A DNA stretch of 64,000 bases. It comes from Phoronis australis (Eukaryota; Animalia; Phoronida). The position numbers were made by a program, and so were the translations under genes. Positions 49,330 through 63,770 of this stretch are shown here, in pieces (the stretch's first letter is position 1; each line of letters starts with the position of its first letter). Below the pieces are notes generated by a model, which was not told where the DNA came from, did not search any database, and was given only the letters and a program-made list of their open reading frames with translations. Where the stretch lies: assembly GCA_002633005.1 (NCBI GenBank), contig NMRA01000134.1:655719-719718 (forward strand). The letters run 5' to 3'.

Positions 49330-52300
49330 TTCCATTGAATGTTGTGTTTTAAATAGCTACTTACCAAGCAATATTTGTTATAATGCCCTTTCTGATTCTG
49401 TTGTATTCACCCACAAAGGGGCCTATTACCTCACAGCTATACACTGTTACTGTGCTAATATCTACTTTAACTTAGTCTGCCATTTGTCATTCTGATACGA
49501 CTAAAGCAATGAATTGCAACTGACTTGAAGAAAATAAAAAAATTGAACGAGGCATGATGAAACACTTTTTATTTGTCTGCAGCCCTGCACTTCAAAAGCT
49601 TGTCTAATCGTACAAAGCAATTTTCTAGCTCTGCAAATGAAGACCAATGATTTCAAGGTTTGGGAATTGATTATGCAGAGTTTGTTTGGCATGGATATGC
49701 ACTCTACAACATTCTGCGTCATACTCTTGTGACTGTTATGCTTTTCCAAAATTCTGTGTTATACTTTTGTGGCTACTACCAGGCTGTATGATGTTAAACG
49801 CGTCATACGCTTGTGAGTACTATGGTTTAACCCATGTGATATGAAATCAGGTTTGTTTGAGCAGCTAGTTTTTGCTAGGTTCACATGATTGGAGAAAACG
49901 CTACAAGTTTTTCAGGGTCATTTTTCTCCAACAGTTAGTTTCCTGACCACCCGAATAGCATTTAGTGAAAAAGTTGATGTGGAAACACATTCACTCTGCG
50001 AACGCAACATGGGCCTCCTTTCCTTTAAACCCATGTGTCTCCTTTGAAAGTAAGCAGTCTGGCTACAAAAGTGCTTAGTACTGAAAACACCAGCAATTTT
50101 GGAGTAATTCTAACCACCATACATCAAAGCACCATCAAAAGGGACGCTTGTAACCGTTTGCATGTCTTCCGTTTTTCACTACTGGCAAAAGTGCTAGCAA
50201 AAACGCTAGCGTTGTAGTCAGTCTGTGCATGGGGGGTGGGGTTATTTGTCTTGAAAGATTTAATTGCACTTAGGATGCAGTTCTCATACTGCAGTCTTCT
50301 CTTTGTTTTACATACAGCTAGCAGTTATCTGAGCTATGACCAGCTGATAAGTAATGTCTTACTGACCAGCTGTGTAATACATTTCTAAGTGTTTTGTTTA
50401 GATGATCTCAACAGGTTTAAAACAACTAGTTGATAACTGCTATGCCTGCTGCATTAGACTCCTACTGTTAGCTTAAATCAACTCCACCTGTTGACATTGC
50501 GAGTAGTCACGTAGTTCTGGTTCCGGTGTCTCATCAATAGCTCAATCCAAGCTCCACAATAATTGATAATTTCAGCATAATTTCAGGACATTGACCTTAT
50601 CCATCTATTGGTACTTTGCATTTACCATAGCTCACCAGTGTAGCTTCAGAACACCACTAACTTGTGTGGTTTCAGTTAATGTTAAAGATTAGGTGTGGCT
50701 GCCCATCAGAAATCCTCCAATCCTGTAAAGGTTATGAATTTGCATGCTCCCTGAGCTGCAACTGTTTGTTAATGTGATATTCTGTGAAAAGGTGCAAGAG
50801 TTAACATTGATGTTGGATCTATGGTGTTGGGGAGCATATGTTGTGGTCAAACGGTTTTTTCAACCTCTGGATTGTATTTCTGGTAGCTGAAACAGGATTT
50901 AGTTGTATTTTCTAAAACAAATATAGGTTTCTGTTCTTGTTATCTTATTCAAATTGGAATGTTTTGTTTGTTTCACACCAGGGTTCCACATAACCATTTC
51001 TGGATTGAGAATTTCTTCCTGGATCTTGTATTTTGACCTGGAAAATCTTACCAGTCAATGTAATTTGATCGAAATGGTACAAAGTTGACCTGACTTTCGA
51101 AGAAATTTCGCCATTTGAAATGCAAGCTGCTTACAGTGTATTAAGTAGCAAAAACCTTGAAGGTTATTAATAAGTGTTGAAGGTTGATACATGTAGCAAA
51201 TGGTCAAGTTAACACAATTTAGTTGCTTACTCATTTTGGAAATCTGTAATCAAATCTGCATCAAATTTAGTATTCTGTGGTTTGGATCCATAGGTACACA
51301 GGTTTTCATCAGGATAATTAGCAAGCTTCCTGGGTATATCCAATTACATAATGACCCATGTTTGTGTTACTGGTGACATATTGGAAAGTAATTATGCTAT
51401 GGTTTTGGTTTTAGTTGGTGTTAGTGGTTTTGTTGGCTGAAACCTCAGAGAGAAGGTTTTTGTAAGGAGTGTTCTTTTCATGGTTTATACTTATGCCAGG
51501 CTTTTGAATGCATTAACCAGATTGACTGAAAGATTTGAACTCTTAGCCATTTTGAAAAGTTGGTACCCAAAAGAAGGTTTTTGCCAGTATACCCCAGTTG
51601 ATACCATACACTTTTATTGAAGTAATCTAGAATGTTTTATTTTTCATTGCATGGTAATGTTTTTTTTATTGTAGGCCACAGGGAAAGATGGGTCATGTAT
51701 CTGTCCAATGTTATGTGGTAGTAGTATATCTGTGTCCTGTCAGCTCATGAAACGTTGGAAGGCTTAGTCAACAGGTCCACTTACTTACATATTTATTACT
51801 TAAAGTGCCAGGTGGTCTAATTCAGCTTATTATTATTATTACAATTTCAAAATATTCAATAGGAGCTCCTCAAGGCCATCGGAATTACGAAGGGTAGTAA
51901 TACCGGTATTCTAGCTCAGACATTCTGTTAATTTGTATGATCAATGACCAAATGAACTGTGCCGGGATTTCTCAGTTTCCTCTGTATTGTGGCGAGAAAA
52001 GTCTAGCCAAAATCACTTGCTATCATTTAAAATACATGGTAATGTCTCGTGTAATCTGGCAAAGTCTTGTGATGTCCTTGCGAGGTCTTAGTGTTATTGA
52101 ACTCTTTCCTTGATTTTATTTGACAGCCACAAAATTAGTTTGCAATCTTGGCTCTTGAAGATGAGAGGAATGATGCATGATATCTCATGGTGAAGTGTGA
52201 ATGCCATGCTCAAGAGTGGTGATGTAAATTTCTGAAGCAACATGATCATGAAATGGACAGTAGAACCGCTTTTGATTATGACTTTGGTTTTAGAATAAAA

Positions 52301-53926
52301 TTGGTGTTGTTGATGGGTTTCTGATTTAGACAACTGGCAAATAATCTTTGTTTTACCATCTCCAGTTCCTTTCAGAATTCACCATTGGCAACTTTGTGAG
52401 CAGCTAATCCTTGCTGGTTCTATTTATTGGAGGTTTCTGAGTGTGAAGGTTTACAAAAACAGAAAAAATGCCACTTTGACTAGTATGATTCTTGAATGTT
52501 GTCAATAAGTTCTGATAATTGATGGTTTAACTGGGTAGGTTTTATGTAATAAATTGTGTGTCAAAAACATTTACTTAACCGGGTGGTCAGCAGATGTTGG
52601 TTTGTTCAACAGTGTAGTGACCCTTGATCAGCACATTTTAACTTCTCATGTCTTAATTCACCACCAGATGGGCTATCAATCTTTTTCATGTGTTTTTGAT
52701 CACCCGGGGACCCAGGATCAGTTGTTGCTTTTTGCCTGAAACTAGCTAGCCAGACTCAGTGCGCCAACATGTGAAAAGATTTTGCCCATTTCAGCAAGTA
52801 TAGGTTCTCTTTGCACATGACATGAACAAGATACTCGAGAATGGAAGTTGGTGAGATCACATGCTTTCCTTGGAATGCATGACTTAGTGACACACAAGAG
52901 GAACACTCGCAAGCTACGCAACACAATCCTGAAACATCCAGCCTGATAGTGCCTTTCTAAACACTTCAAATGTTGAAAATTTAGCTACATTTTCATGGAA
53001 AAAAATAAGATAGGGTTCATATTTTCTAAAAAATGTTAAATCCGGTCACGTTTTCATGATGGCAACCAAGGCTGAGAAGGACATTTCAGTTGAAAAAGTG
53101 CGAGGTAAGGCTGGTGAATCGTGCGACCTTAGATTCTCGGTCCACAACCCTTTTTGTTGGAAGTTGATTATTCCAAGTGTTCAGTGGCACCCCTATCCTG
53201 TGGGTTGAAGTTACAGGTGTGTGTCTTGTAGGTACTCATTGCTTGCCTAATTCACTGTGGAGGTGGTTTGTGTATTGGGATGTGTTCTGAGCAAATAATG
53301 TGATGTAACCAGTTCACTGTTACATAAAGATAACAGTGTGACTTTAAGGGCCACTTAACTGCCAGACTTGTTGAATGTCAGTTGCTGTGCTTAGCCAAAT
53401 GATTTAATTTCGATACTGCAGGATATCCAGATAAATATTTAACTATATTAACTGTTGAGTCATCTAAAACACGTGCTTGCTATGTATTGATTATTTCCAA
53501 TAGTTGCATGTTAGCTGTAAATATTGCTTCACTGTAACCTGTTTCCTTGTCTTCATATGAAGTGTAAAGGGCACAAAACATCATGATTTGTAAGGCGCTC
53601 AGTAGTAAGACTTGATTCAGACTTCCATGTTACCAACAGGTGGAGAGAACATAGAACTGGTGTAGGGCCCTATCAACACGTCTGTACATTCAGTCTAGTG
53701 TCTAAATAGCTATGGAGTTTGACTGGTGGTACCTTTCCAGTATATATTTTCTGAAAGTAGAGAACCTGCAGAGTTTGATTTAACATTCTGCTATCAATTG
53801 AGTTACATGACCTTCACCTTTTAGTGAAATTTATCGTGAAAGAAAAGCACATTGATAGCAAGACATCAGTATCAATGAAATGGTCAAATTTCATTTGGTA
53901 TAAATCTTCAGGTTGAAAACTCATTA

Positions 53927-55367
53927 CCGTATTCGCCCTAATGAGTGTCCAAGGCGCTTGGAAAAATTCTCTTCAGGAAGGGGGGCATTTATTATAGCCC
54001 AAAGTGGTTGAAATCCGGTTTCCGAAACAGGTGGAATCATAAGCTAGAATTCATCAGATTGCACTCTGTGATGCTTCTGTAACCTATGACGGAGTTTCTA
54101 CAAAATTGCATTGCATTGCTATCAAACTATCAAAGGATTTTTCAGAAAATCCAGTGCGAAAACTCGCCAACTGATGCGTCACTGCCTCGCGACCGCCGAT
54201 AGGTCAACTTGAATTCTTGAGTAAAAATATAGTTTTGACTCACCAAATTCCCCGAAGTCCTCCTTAAGTTTTCAAAGTAGCGTCCCTAAGATTTTTAAGT
54301 TCCTGTGGAGTCTGGATTAACTGCATATTTAGTCCAAATCGGTGCTAGATCATACCCCGCAACACGAGAAAAATTTCTGGACGAACACACATGTTGTTGT
54401 CACGTGATGTTTTGTTTTGAAGTTCATCTGCGTGTGTGAGTGAGCGAGCGCATGCGTGTCATCAGAGTTCATTTGCCAGAGTAAACGCGATGTAACGATC
54501 TAGGTGTGCATTGTAACTAAAGAAATTAACACAAGCAGTAAAGCAGAAGAGTTTTATTTAGCGCTTGTTGATCTCATCTGCTAAAAAACATTCAAGAATT
54601 GTCTCGCTAAGGCCGATATCATTGAGTCGCCTAAATGCGTGACAGTCTAACAGTTATTTTTCACAAGATTTTTGGGGGTGTAATAGTGTGGAAGTGTTCA
54701 CTACCAGTGGGTCATTTTTGACCTTAAAAAATCAATTACGATTATTTCAATAATTCCTCCTAAAAGTAACGCAAATGTTTTTTACGGTGTTAGAAACTTT
54801 CAGAAATAAGTGCCAGTATTTATTTCTTGCCGATGCTATGCTATCCGTTTCATGAATAGATAGTTCCCAAAGATTAACCTTCGATTACAGGTACTTGAAT
54901 GTAGCGCGCGCTTCCTGGCCACGTGCATTTAACAAAGGTCATTTCAAGTTTTTATTAGCCTTCAATTTATGGTTTTCATATGTACAAAGAAATTTGGATT
55001 CCTGTTGAGGGAGAAGATTTGTATGGGAAAGATACAATACAACATAGGCCATAATAGGGCACGTCCCTCGCAAGATAGCAAAATTTTTACTTCTTTTTGA
55101 AGCACGGCGGAAGTTTGAAGTGTATAGTCACGGCTAAATACCGACATAGCGGCGAGGCTCGTGGTCTACAAATTCCACACACCATGATTTTTTCTAGACT
55201 GTCGGATCTTAGTGATAAATTGAAGACGTTACTGTAGAATTTTAGAACTGTAGGTAAGGCATTTTTGGCATGTGCACGGCGTTCATGGACTGGGCGCTTA
55301 TTTTAGCAAAGTCTGAAAACACGTAGGGCGCCTATAGGGGCATGAGCGCTTATTAGGGCGAATACGG
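53927..55367. mobile_element. Non-autonomous Tc1/mariner-superfamily element (CCGTA termini)
   Basis: Perfect TIR ccgtattcgccctaat / attagggcgaatacgg, TA target duplication, palindromic target context cat-TA-atg; no transposase ORF. Confidence 0.88.
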
Positions 55368-56792
55368 TAATGCCGTTGCAGTTTTCCAAATCATTTTGTT
55401 TTCATTTATGCAACTTTTAATTTATTTCTCAAAAATCATAAAAGTTTTTGATTGACCCGCTTTCAAACTGAATCACTTTAAACTTCTAAAAGTTTTGGAG
55501 AACGGTGTATGAAGCATTATTTGAGAGTTTCATTTGAATCTGATCAGCTTTTTCTGAGATACGATGTTCCAAAATTAGCCAGTTCTGGGCATTTTTGTAG
55601 TGTCCAATTGAAACACCATCATATTTAATTTCAAACATTGTGTGTTGACATTCTAACTTCGGGTGCTATTATTGTTTGGTGAAATTTAGGCACAGTCATT
55701 TTTCAAACTAACTACAGGTAACAATTTGGTGTTAGAGTATGAGGATTGGACACTGTCATTTTTGAATGGAAAATCTGACCAGATGTATAACATACAATCC
55801 TGAGTTTGTTGCTTTTTGGTTGTCGGAATGAAACCTTGTCAGATTTTGAACATGACATGCGGGATTTAAGGACTGTCATCCAAGTTTATTCATACCTAGA
55901 TAAATATGAAGCCATCATTTTGAGCTTAGATAAAATGTGTTTCGGTTCATGCATCTGACGTGAGTTTGTGGGCATTGTTAAGAAATAATTGAATTCCAGA
56001 CATACTCTCGACTTGTTAACTGCTATGCTATGCGTGGCCATGGCTGCACCACTTGATTTGTTCCGCCGCAAAAAAGCCATGCTGAATGTATGCGTAAACA
56101 CAGATCTTGCGAGACTTAAGCCATTAAACACACTCCCTCCGGTGCGTGGTGCGACTTTGGCCTTACTTGGCTGCAATTATCCACCCGGATCTAAATCGGT
56201 AGCTTCTGGAGACATGATCAGGACAAAACTAATTTAAACCCTGCACACAATGTGACAACTGCTGCGCACTAATTACATACGATCAATGGTTCACAGTGTG
56301 CAGCTGCCTTAAGTCATGGAACAGTCACAATTCATATTTTTTCATTGTCTTGTCACTAACTACGTACTGTTGATTTGTTAACCCAGTAACATAATGCATA
56401 AAATGTATATTTTAGTATACAACATATCCACTAAAGATAATGTCACGTAAATAACTCTTATCACACCAAGGTATATTAACACTGCCATATGACTGTTACC
56501 AGCCTGTGTTAGTAAACAGTGTTCATTGAGTGTCATCCAAACCTATCAACCATTGACTCACCTTCATTCCACACCTGTCATCTTGGTGCCTCTTTCACCT
56601 ACTGACTTCCTAAAACCGCTCTGAGGTGGTGGCGTATTACAACTATTATTAAAATCTCTTTGTTTATTTACACCGACCTCTAGTCTATATACACTGTCGC
56701 GACATTTCGGTCGGTCTCTTCTCCGGCCATTGTCAGGTGTTCCCGCATTCTTGGAAGAACGAGCACGGATACGTGGTACACTCATGGTGTGA

Positions 56793-57872
56793 TTTTTATG
56801 CGCCCACATATTTATATGTGGACGCATTATGCCGTCATCTCTGTCCGTCCGTCCGTCCGTCCGGGCGGCGTCCGTCCGGCGTCCAGTGTCCGCTGCTCTA
56901 TCTCCAAAACCCTTTGACATACGTTCATGAAATTTGGCACATATGTTCCATTCATGAATGGGACGGCATGTGCGAACTTTCGGACGGATCCGACTACCGG
57001 TGTGCCCCCTAGTGGCAATTTTAGTTTTTTACGCTTACCTTTGTATCTTCAAAAGTATTGAACGGATTTTCATGAAATTTGGTATGTAGGCACCTATTAG
57101 TGAGATGACGCTATCCTACTGTTTTCAGATGGATTCGACGTAGTTTGCGCCACCTAGTGGCCATTTTTACTGTTTTCGAGTCTGTATTTTTGCGTCCACC
57201 CCTCTATCAACCAAACCGCTCAAAGGATGATTGTGAAAATTGGCGTGTATGTGCTTACTATAAGGAAGACAGCTGACAATGATTTTCAGACGATTTGGAC
57301 TACTGTGGCGCCTCCTAGTGGCAGTTTTGTTTTTTTGCGCCCATGGCTGTATCTCCCAAACCGTTCGCAGGATCTTTACTAAATTTAGCAAGTGTATTTA
57401 TGTGATGTTGACAACGGACGATGACGACTTTAGGATGATTCTGATTACCGGTATGCCTCTAGTGGCAATTTTAGTATTTGCCTCTAGTGGCAATTTTAGT
57501 ATTTTACATTGACCTCTGTATTTTCATAGGTCTTCAGGTGTATACTTTGTGTTACTTCGTGACTGTGAAGGAAAAGTTCCAAGTAGAAATTTGTTTCTGG
57601 CATTCTAATGCTGTGCTAATCTCGTATGTTGGTAAATTTGTTTTTAATTCTATGTTTCTGTGGTGCTTTAAGCAACTGGTGTATAGGATGTGCTTGTATT
57701 ATGAAGATTACTCACATTTTGCCCCTAGCCTATTGAGGAGACAATGACCATGCCTTTCCATTTTGCAAAGTATGCCCTCTACTGGCCACTTTATGGTACC
57801 AATAAACAACCCTAGAAGGATACCGTATGCGGTGCAATTGTGGGTGCATTTCAACGCTCCGCGTTGCTCTTG
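56793..57872 (+). mobile_element. Non-autonomous Helentron / DINE-1-like element (HINE)
   Basis: T-rich ends; subTIR atgcgcccac (56798) with a nearby inverted partner gtggacgcat (56818) and a 3' partner gtgggtgcat (57840); (GTCC)n at 56843; 3' hairpin caacgc-tcc-gcgttg (57852..57866); internal subrepeats of about 150 bp. Confidence 0.8.
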
Positions 57873-59782
57873 TTTTTGTACGAGGCAGGATTTGAACCCT
57901 AGACTTCTGAAACTACAGATAATTCGAGTCCATCACCTGTATTTTCTTTTCAGTTTTTGAAAGCTAACTTCATTTACTAAAATGTATATTGCTATTTTGT
58001 GATTGCAATCTTGGTTTACTATTTTCCAGCTTTCATTTGTTGGTATTTATCTGTTCTATTCCTTGGCTGTTATGTGTTGTTGTGACAATGAAACGTCTTC
58101 GTTTTGGTACAGTGTTTTCAGTTCGGGAAATCCAAGTTTATGTAAAGAATGGGACATTGATAATCAACTTGTCTTCACATTCTCTAACAATTCTCATGGT
58201 CATTTGTGCCAGGGTATAAAAGCAAAATTAGAACAATACAACATTAATCAAACAGTGTCATCAAGATGGTGAATAACAATTGACAAAGGGAAATTCATTT
58301 TTCTATCAAAAAGGGTAAAAATACCTGCGTCCTGTGTACAGTGCCACCTAGTATGCACTAAGGAAAACATAAGAAAGGGTAGATGTCGAAAATTTCTACA
58401 GGTATTTATCACTTTTTGTGTGAAAAAGTGAATTTCCCTGTGTCAACACCACAATCGCATTTGATATTTTTTTTTGCAATTCTTCTATTTAGAATGGTAA
58501 CTTTGCAACAATCTGAAGTTAAGGATCTAAGTTCTTGAGGAAAACGGTAAATTTTTTATTCTGTCAAGAATAGTGAAGAAAATTTGCAACATGACGTGGA
58601 AAGACTGGTATTGCCACCATGAGGGCATTTAGTTAAACATTCAACTGTGGTTGTTTGCTTTTATATATAATGTAATCAGGGGGACAGGTAGTTATGACTG
58701 CTGAACCATGTCATGTTGAAAGGCTACTTTTGGATGAATTATTTGCCATTAGAGGAGCTTTTCCTCTTGGCAATGTATTTGCTTTGGGAATCAATATCTC
58801 TACCCTTCACAGACTAGTAGCCAAATATAATAGCCTGCCAAACAGGCAAAGGCTTTTGTGTAGGGTACCCATGTGAGATCTAGGAGGTGTGAAGAAATGT
58901 ACTGAAATTTTGTAAAGGAAATAGGTAGTGTGGGGCAAACTGAAATAAAGGTCTGTTGTAATCAGATCAGAGCTTGTTTTTAAGTGAAATTGTCATTGTA
59001 GGTCTTTGAGTTGCACTTTGGGTGAGTTTTGTAGCATCCCTATCATCCAATCTACTCACACGAGGCCAAAGGTCATGGCAGGGCTAATCCCCATATTATT
59101 TCATAACTATGAGGACCATTGGTCAATCAGGATAGTGTTCAGTGACCAGTTCAGCGCACAAGATTAATATAAGTATTCCTTCTGAACTCTTTCCACTCTT
59201 GTGATGGTGTCCCTGGCTTTCCTCCAACTGTGCCATTAGTACTTAAAGGTGATGGACATAGATTTGGGATATTTATAGTTAATTGCAAATCAAAAATGTC
59301 TCTAGCCAATGTGTTGAATTCAATGGGTTATGGTTCTTGATACACCACTTTTTGTATGGAAATTTCATATTTAATAAAAATGTCCAAAATTAGCTTACTT
59401 CAAAACATCATAGTTCAGGAATAGCTCACCAGGTTCATATAACTCTCAGGTACTATGCTTTATGCTCTGTTCTCCAAAACGTTGCTAGGCATTGTTTTTA
59501 AAACGTTCCACTTTTGTTGGAGGGCTGTAAACAAATAGAACTTTTAAGTTCATGTGCATAAAACATAAATTCAAAATGATATTTTAGAAAACTGAATCAG
59601 TGCTTTTGAAGTCTCATCTTGAACATTTATCACAAATAAAGTTTGATCATGTTTTTGATAATAATTATTTGTTGTCAATTTACTTTTCTTTTGTGCTAAA
59701 TTTGAACGAAATGTTGCGTTCACACGAGTCAATTAAAAAATCAAACGTCAAATTCTACAGTTCCTACTTTCAGAAATATATA

Positions 59783-60227
59783 CCGTACTCGTCCGGGTTA
59801 CCGCCCAGGGTGCTTAAATTAGGAATCTAAAGAACAAGAGGTGGGTGGTAGGCCGAGCATGGGCGGTTAAAATACTGTCTCAGTGATCAGTACATGCTGA
59901 CACAAGTTCCGCGCATGAGCCAAAGGAAATAATTGTGTCTCCTTTAGTTAAGAGCATGAGAATACGGTTATTTTACTACCATAGTAAGGCAAGTTCCTGG
60001 TTCCGCTAAGACTGATTGTCATTGAAAGGTAAGCGAGTTGCGCACGTTTTGAAATCTTAGCTTTGCGAGACGAACATTCACAAAAGCACACACGCTTTTA
60101 AGGAGGTCTCGATCATAAAAAATTGGGGGTGGGCGGTAAGCCTAGCGTGGGCGCTTAAAAATGAAAAATTGAAAATTTCGGGGGTGGGTGGTTGGCCGAG
60201 CATGGACAGTAACCTGGACAAGTACAC
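59783..60227. mobile_element. TA-flanked MITE (Tc1/mariner-like)
   Basis: ta|ccgtactcgtccgggttaccgccca vs tggacagtaacctggacaagtacac|ta; internal repeats of gtgggcggtaggccgagcatgggc type. Confidence 0.75.
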
Positions 60228-63200
60228 TACCTTACTGAGTTAAAATCTACAAGTTAGGGATTTTGATCCTCTTTCAATCACTCATTTGGTTAATCAGCCA
60301 GCTGTTCCAAAACTGAAAGATTTTGAAAAAAATACTTCCAATAGATATTCACTATGTTGCTTTGGTCTTATATAAGAGTTGTTTTTAATGAAAAACATGC
60401 TCAGTGCTCACATTTATTGAAAGTTATTGAACATTATGGAATTAGCACATTAGAGATCTGTGATGCCATGGTGGAGACTTGCATTCACTGAGCGGTTTAT
60501 ACTTTACATTTATTTAAAAACAAACGCGAAAACAGAATCCGGATAACATAAAAAGGCTTAAAAGACATTCAGTGAGCTTTTGTACTGGTGTCGCAGTTGT
60601 AAAATGGTGACTTGGGAACAAAGCAGTGGCTTGCTAACAAGCATATCATGGGACCCAATCACAATGAGATCTGCATTACTTCTCAAAAAGTTTTTAAAAA
60701 AAATTGAAATCAAGACACGTTACCAAAACAACGCCCAATATGAAGGAATGAAGGCCAGTAAGGAAAATTGTTGACTGGAAATATGAATATATAATTTCTT
60801 AATCTGTTCAAATGATATAATGATTCTCCTTCTTACCGGTGTGTCCCAGTGCTACAATAAATGTATTTTTACTTGTTTTTGAGGAGGCGTGTGAAACATT
60901 TGAGTCCTTTAAGTTTGTGTTTTTGCATGAGGAAACGAGAGCCAATATCTTTGTCGAAAGATTCAATCAGACATGCATGATAAACACTCGCTTCATATCA
61001 GTGAGGCTTGCATAAATCTACATTGGTGTCTCATGATATCTAATCACCATCTTGACATTTTCATGTTTGGATGTAACTTTATCAGTAAATGTCAACGCAT
61101 GTTGGACCTTTCTTGGAAGTTTTGGCTACACAGTTTCTGTTTTTTATAAATGCCAGAAATCAACACATCGTTTGCTATAATTGTAAAAAATGAGCAATGC
61201 GCAGGGACTTGTTCTTGGCAAACAGTTTGCATGTTTGGAAATTCTTGTAGAAACAATTATTATTTGGGCAGTTTGAATGAATCAGAAACATGGCTTGTGG
61301 AAAGTCAAATAGTAGTTTTCAAGAAGACCTGAACCGCTGATGATTACAAAATCTTAGTTTTGAGGTACATTCCTTCATCAGAGATTACGCCTTGGAGTTC
61401 TCTTTTTATAAAGAAACATTTCACCATCACAATTGTCAAATCATGGCTAGGAAAGTACTAAAAGAAGCAATTAACCATCAATTCATGGAACACTTGAAGC
61501 CATGCCCCTGCTCAAATGAAATTTAAATAGACCTACACCTTTATCCAGTATACTGTTACTTTACCATACTGCCGACTATTTGTATATACTAGTATTTTCT
61601 CTCAGCTATGATATGTCAGTTGGCAAATACAATACCAAACACCAACACAAGATATTTGTTATAATGGGTAATCTTACACCTGTGTAACTGTAGTAAACTG
61701 GAATTTTGACAAATGTTAAACTCAAAAGAGGTACAGCCCTGCTTAGCTGCACCAATTGTTGTGGTGATAATATTTGTGTCGAGGTCATTCTGTTGGCAAT
61801 GTCAACTTAGAGCACACCTTTTAGAAATGGGTGAAATCAAATTTAAATTTTGAAAGTAAACATTAAAACTACCAGTGTCTTCTAAATTGAATTAATTTGT
61901 ACTTTGTGGTGGAGAAAGTGGAGTTAGTTATCAAGTGTGACTTGTTATTTTATCATTACATCCAACAGGTGTATCTTACCTGCTCAGGGGTGTCATTAGG
62001 ATTAAGCCAACTGTACATGATTGACAGGTAATGCCTGACTCTTGTAAACTATCTTGAATACCACCTGCAGTGCCCTGGAGATTTTTGGTTAATGGCTATT
62101 GTAAATATGCTTGACGGTGACTGAACCCTTTGACAACGTCCTGTTAAGTATGCGGTCATTTGAAGATGTGACTGCTGGAAATACCTTCAAAAGTCGTAAT
62201 ATGAACACATTTTTTATTGTTATTATTGATGATAGCATGAAGCGAGTCAATTTGTTATTGAAAAGGAAAGATGTTTTAAAGGAGATACTCGTAAATTTTT
62301 AAGTAATTTTTCTACTTTTTGACAAGCTGGGGCTTGATATGGTGACCAGCTGGTATCCAATATGACTTCAGATTTTGTTTGATGACCTAGTAAAAGCCCA
62401 AGTCGCCACGAAAGCTCCATGCTCACTCGAAATGCTACAGGAAATAAACACACGGGAGACTGAATCATTTGGCAAAAACCATACAGGCCATTTTATGAGC
62501 TATGGGTTTGCCGATGGTTGGCTTCTATCCCAAGAGGTGAGCCTGCACAGGAAAATGGCCATCAGCGGGCTCACAACATTCCAAACACTCTGACAAAAAT
62601 GCTGTCCGAGTCGTCTCTGGTGCATCGGTAGTCATTTGCTGAGTTTGCTGGTTTTTCAGTCCAGGTTTCTCTCTAATTTTGTTTTTGGCTTCTGTAAACT
62701 GTCCATCGTTTGTAGGGACCATGACTTGCATCCCCTTCCATATGGGGGTCTCCTTGTTCTGTTAACTTCAAATTTCCCTTTGGCGACCTGGAAATTTTGC
62801 AGTTATGCTGAGCGTCGAGCCCAAAAAGTTATTGACTAAGGTAATTTTCGCGATTATTTAAAATTTATGATTTTGGGAAAGGGGTCAAGGCTTGCTACTA
62901 GCATACGCTTTTGAATTTGACCTTCGGTGAAACTTCCCAAATTTAGGACAGCAAAAATAACTATTTTGAACCTGTCCAAAATTTTAGAAATAGGCGATAT
63001 TGGCCGTCCGAAATTCGAAAAATATGAGAAAGACTGCAAAATTGACAGTGTTCGAAATCTTCGAATTTATGTGGTCGGATTCCGACAATGTTTAGATTTG
63101 CGGTTTGAGACCGTTTGAACAGCTGCGCAGACTTGTGATCGTTATTACTGACAAGAAATTCACACGTCGTCAGCTCGATTACGTATCCGGGCATTTATTT

Positions 63201-63770
63201 GACAATTATAGAACTGTTGCTTTAGGCGACTAGGGTGTATTCAATCTATAAAAGTTTGGAATTTTTATTCCAAAACATAGCAGTAGGCCAGATCACAAAA
63301 TAACCGAGGTAGGGCCTACATAGTTCTAACTGCAACACACCACCACACACAAGTTACTTCAAGTAGCCGGCTACAAGGGCATTACCTTCTTCGACACTAA
63401 TTATTCCATAATATATAACAGGTTCATCCCGATAATCTCGACCCTTGCATTCATGGTACTGGTAATTTTGTCTGTCCTATGTTCACTCCCGCTCGATAGC
63501 AGTGCCGTTCGCTATTTTATGTTTATGCACTTTAAATGCGGATTTAGATCAATCTCCGGTACAGGCCCAGGTTTCATTTTACAAATCACATGCCATGGGT
63601 AAAACGACTCATGAAAAGGACTGGGGATGGGCGGTAATGGAGCAAAATTGACTAAAGATTAATATGCTCCCACTCTGTTTTAGATGGCTTCAAAACTCTT
63701 AACCTTGGTGCGAGGGAGCCCAAACATTTAGTGTAACATGCAAAATAGAATGTCAATAGGGAGACATATA

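Noticed and set aside
48964-49495. HT- and VC-repeat ORFs (also 7993..8268 and 33876..34157)
   Set aside because: Products of CA/GT microsatellites.
51675-51750. Acceptor followed by RPQ as candidate kinesin exon 2
   Set aside because: Lacks the preceding I/V-R, continues GKMGHVSVQCY with no kinesin similarity, and reaches a stop.
59243-60912. TTAA-flanked element ttaaagg...cctttaa
   Set aside because: The inverted match does not extend beyond 7 bp.
62247-62839. Cluster of short ORFs, possibly a transposase relic
   Set aside because: No motif I could recognise in any frame.
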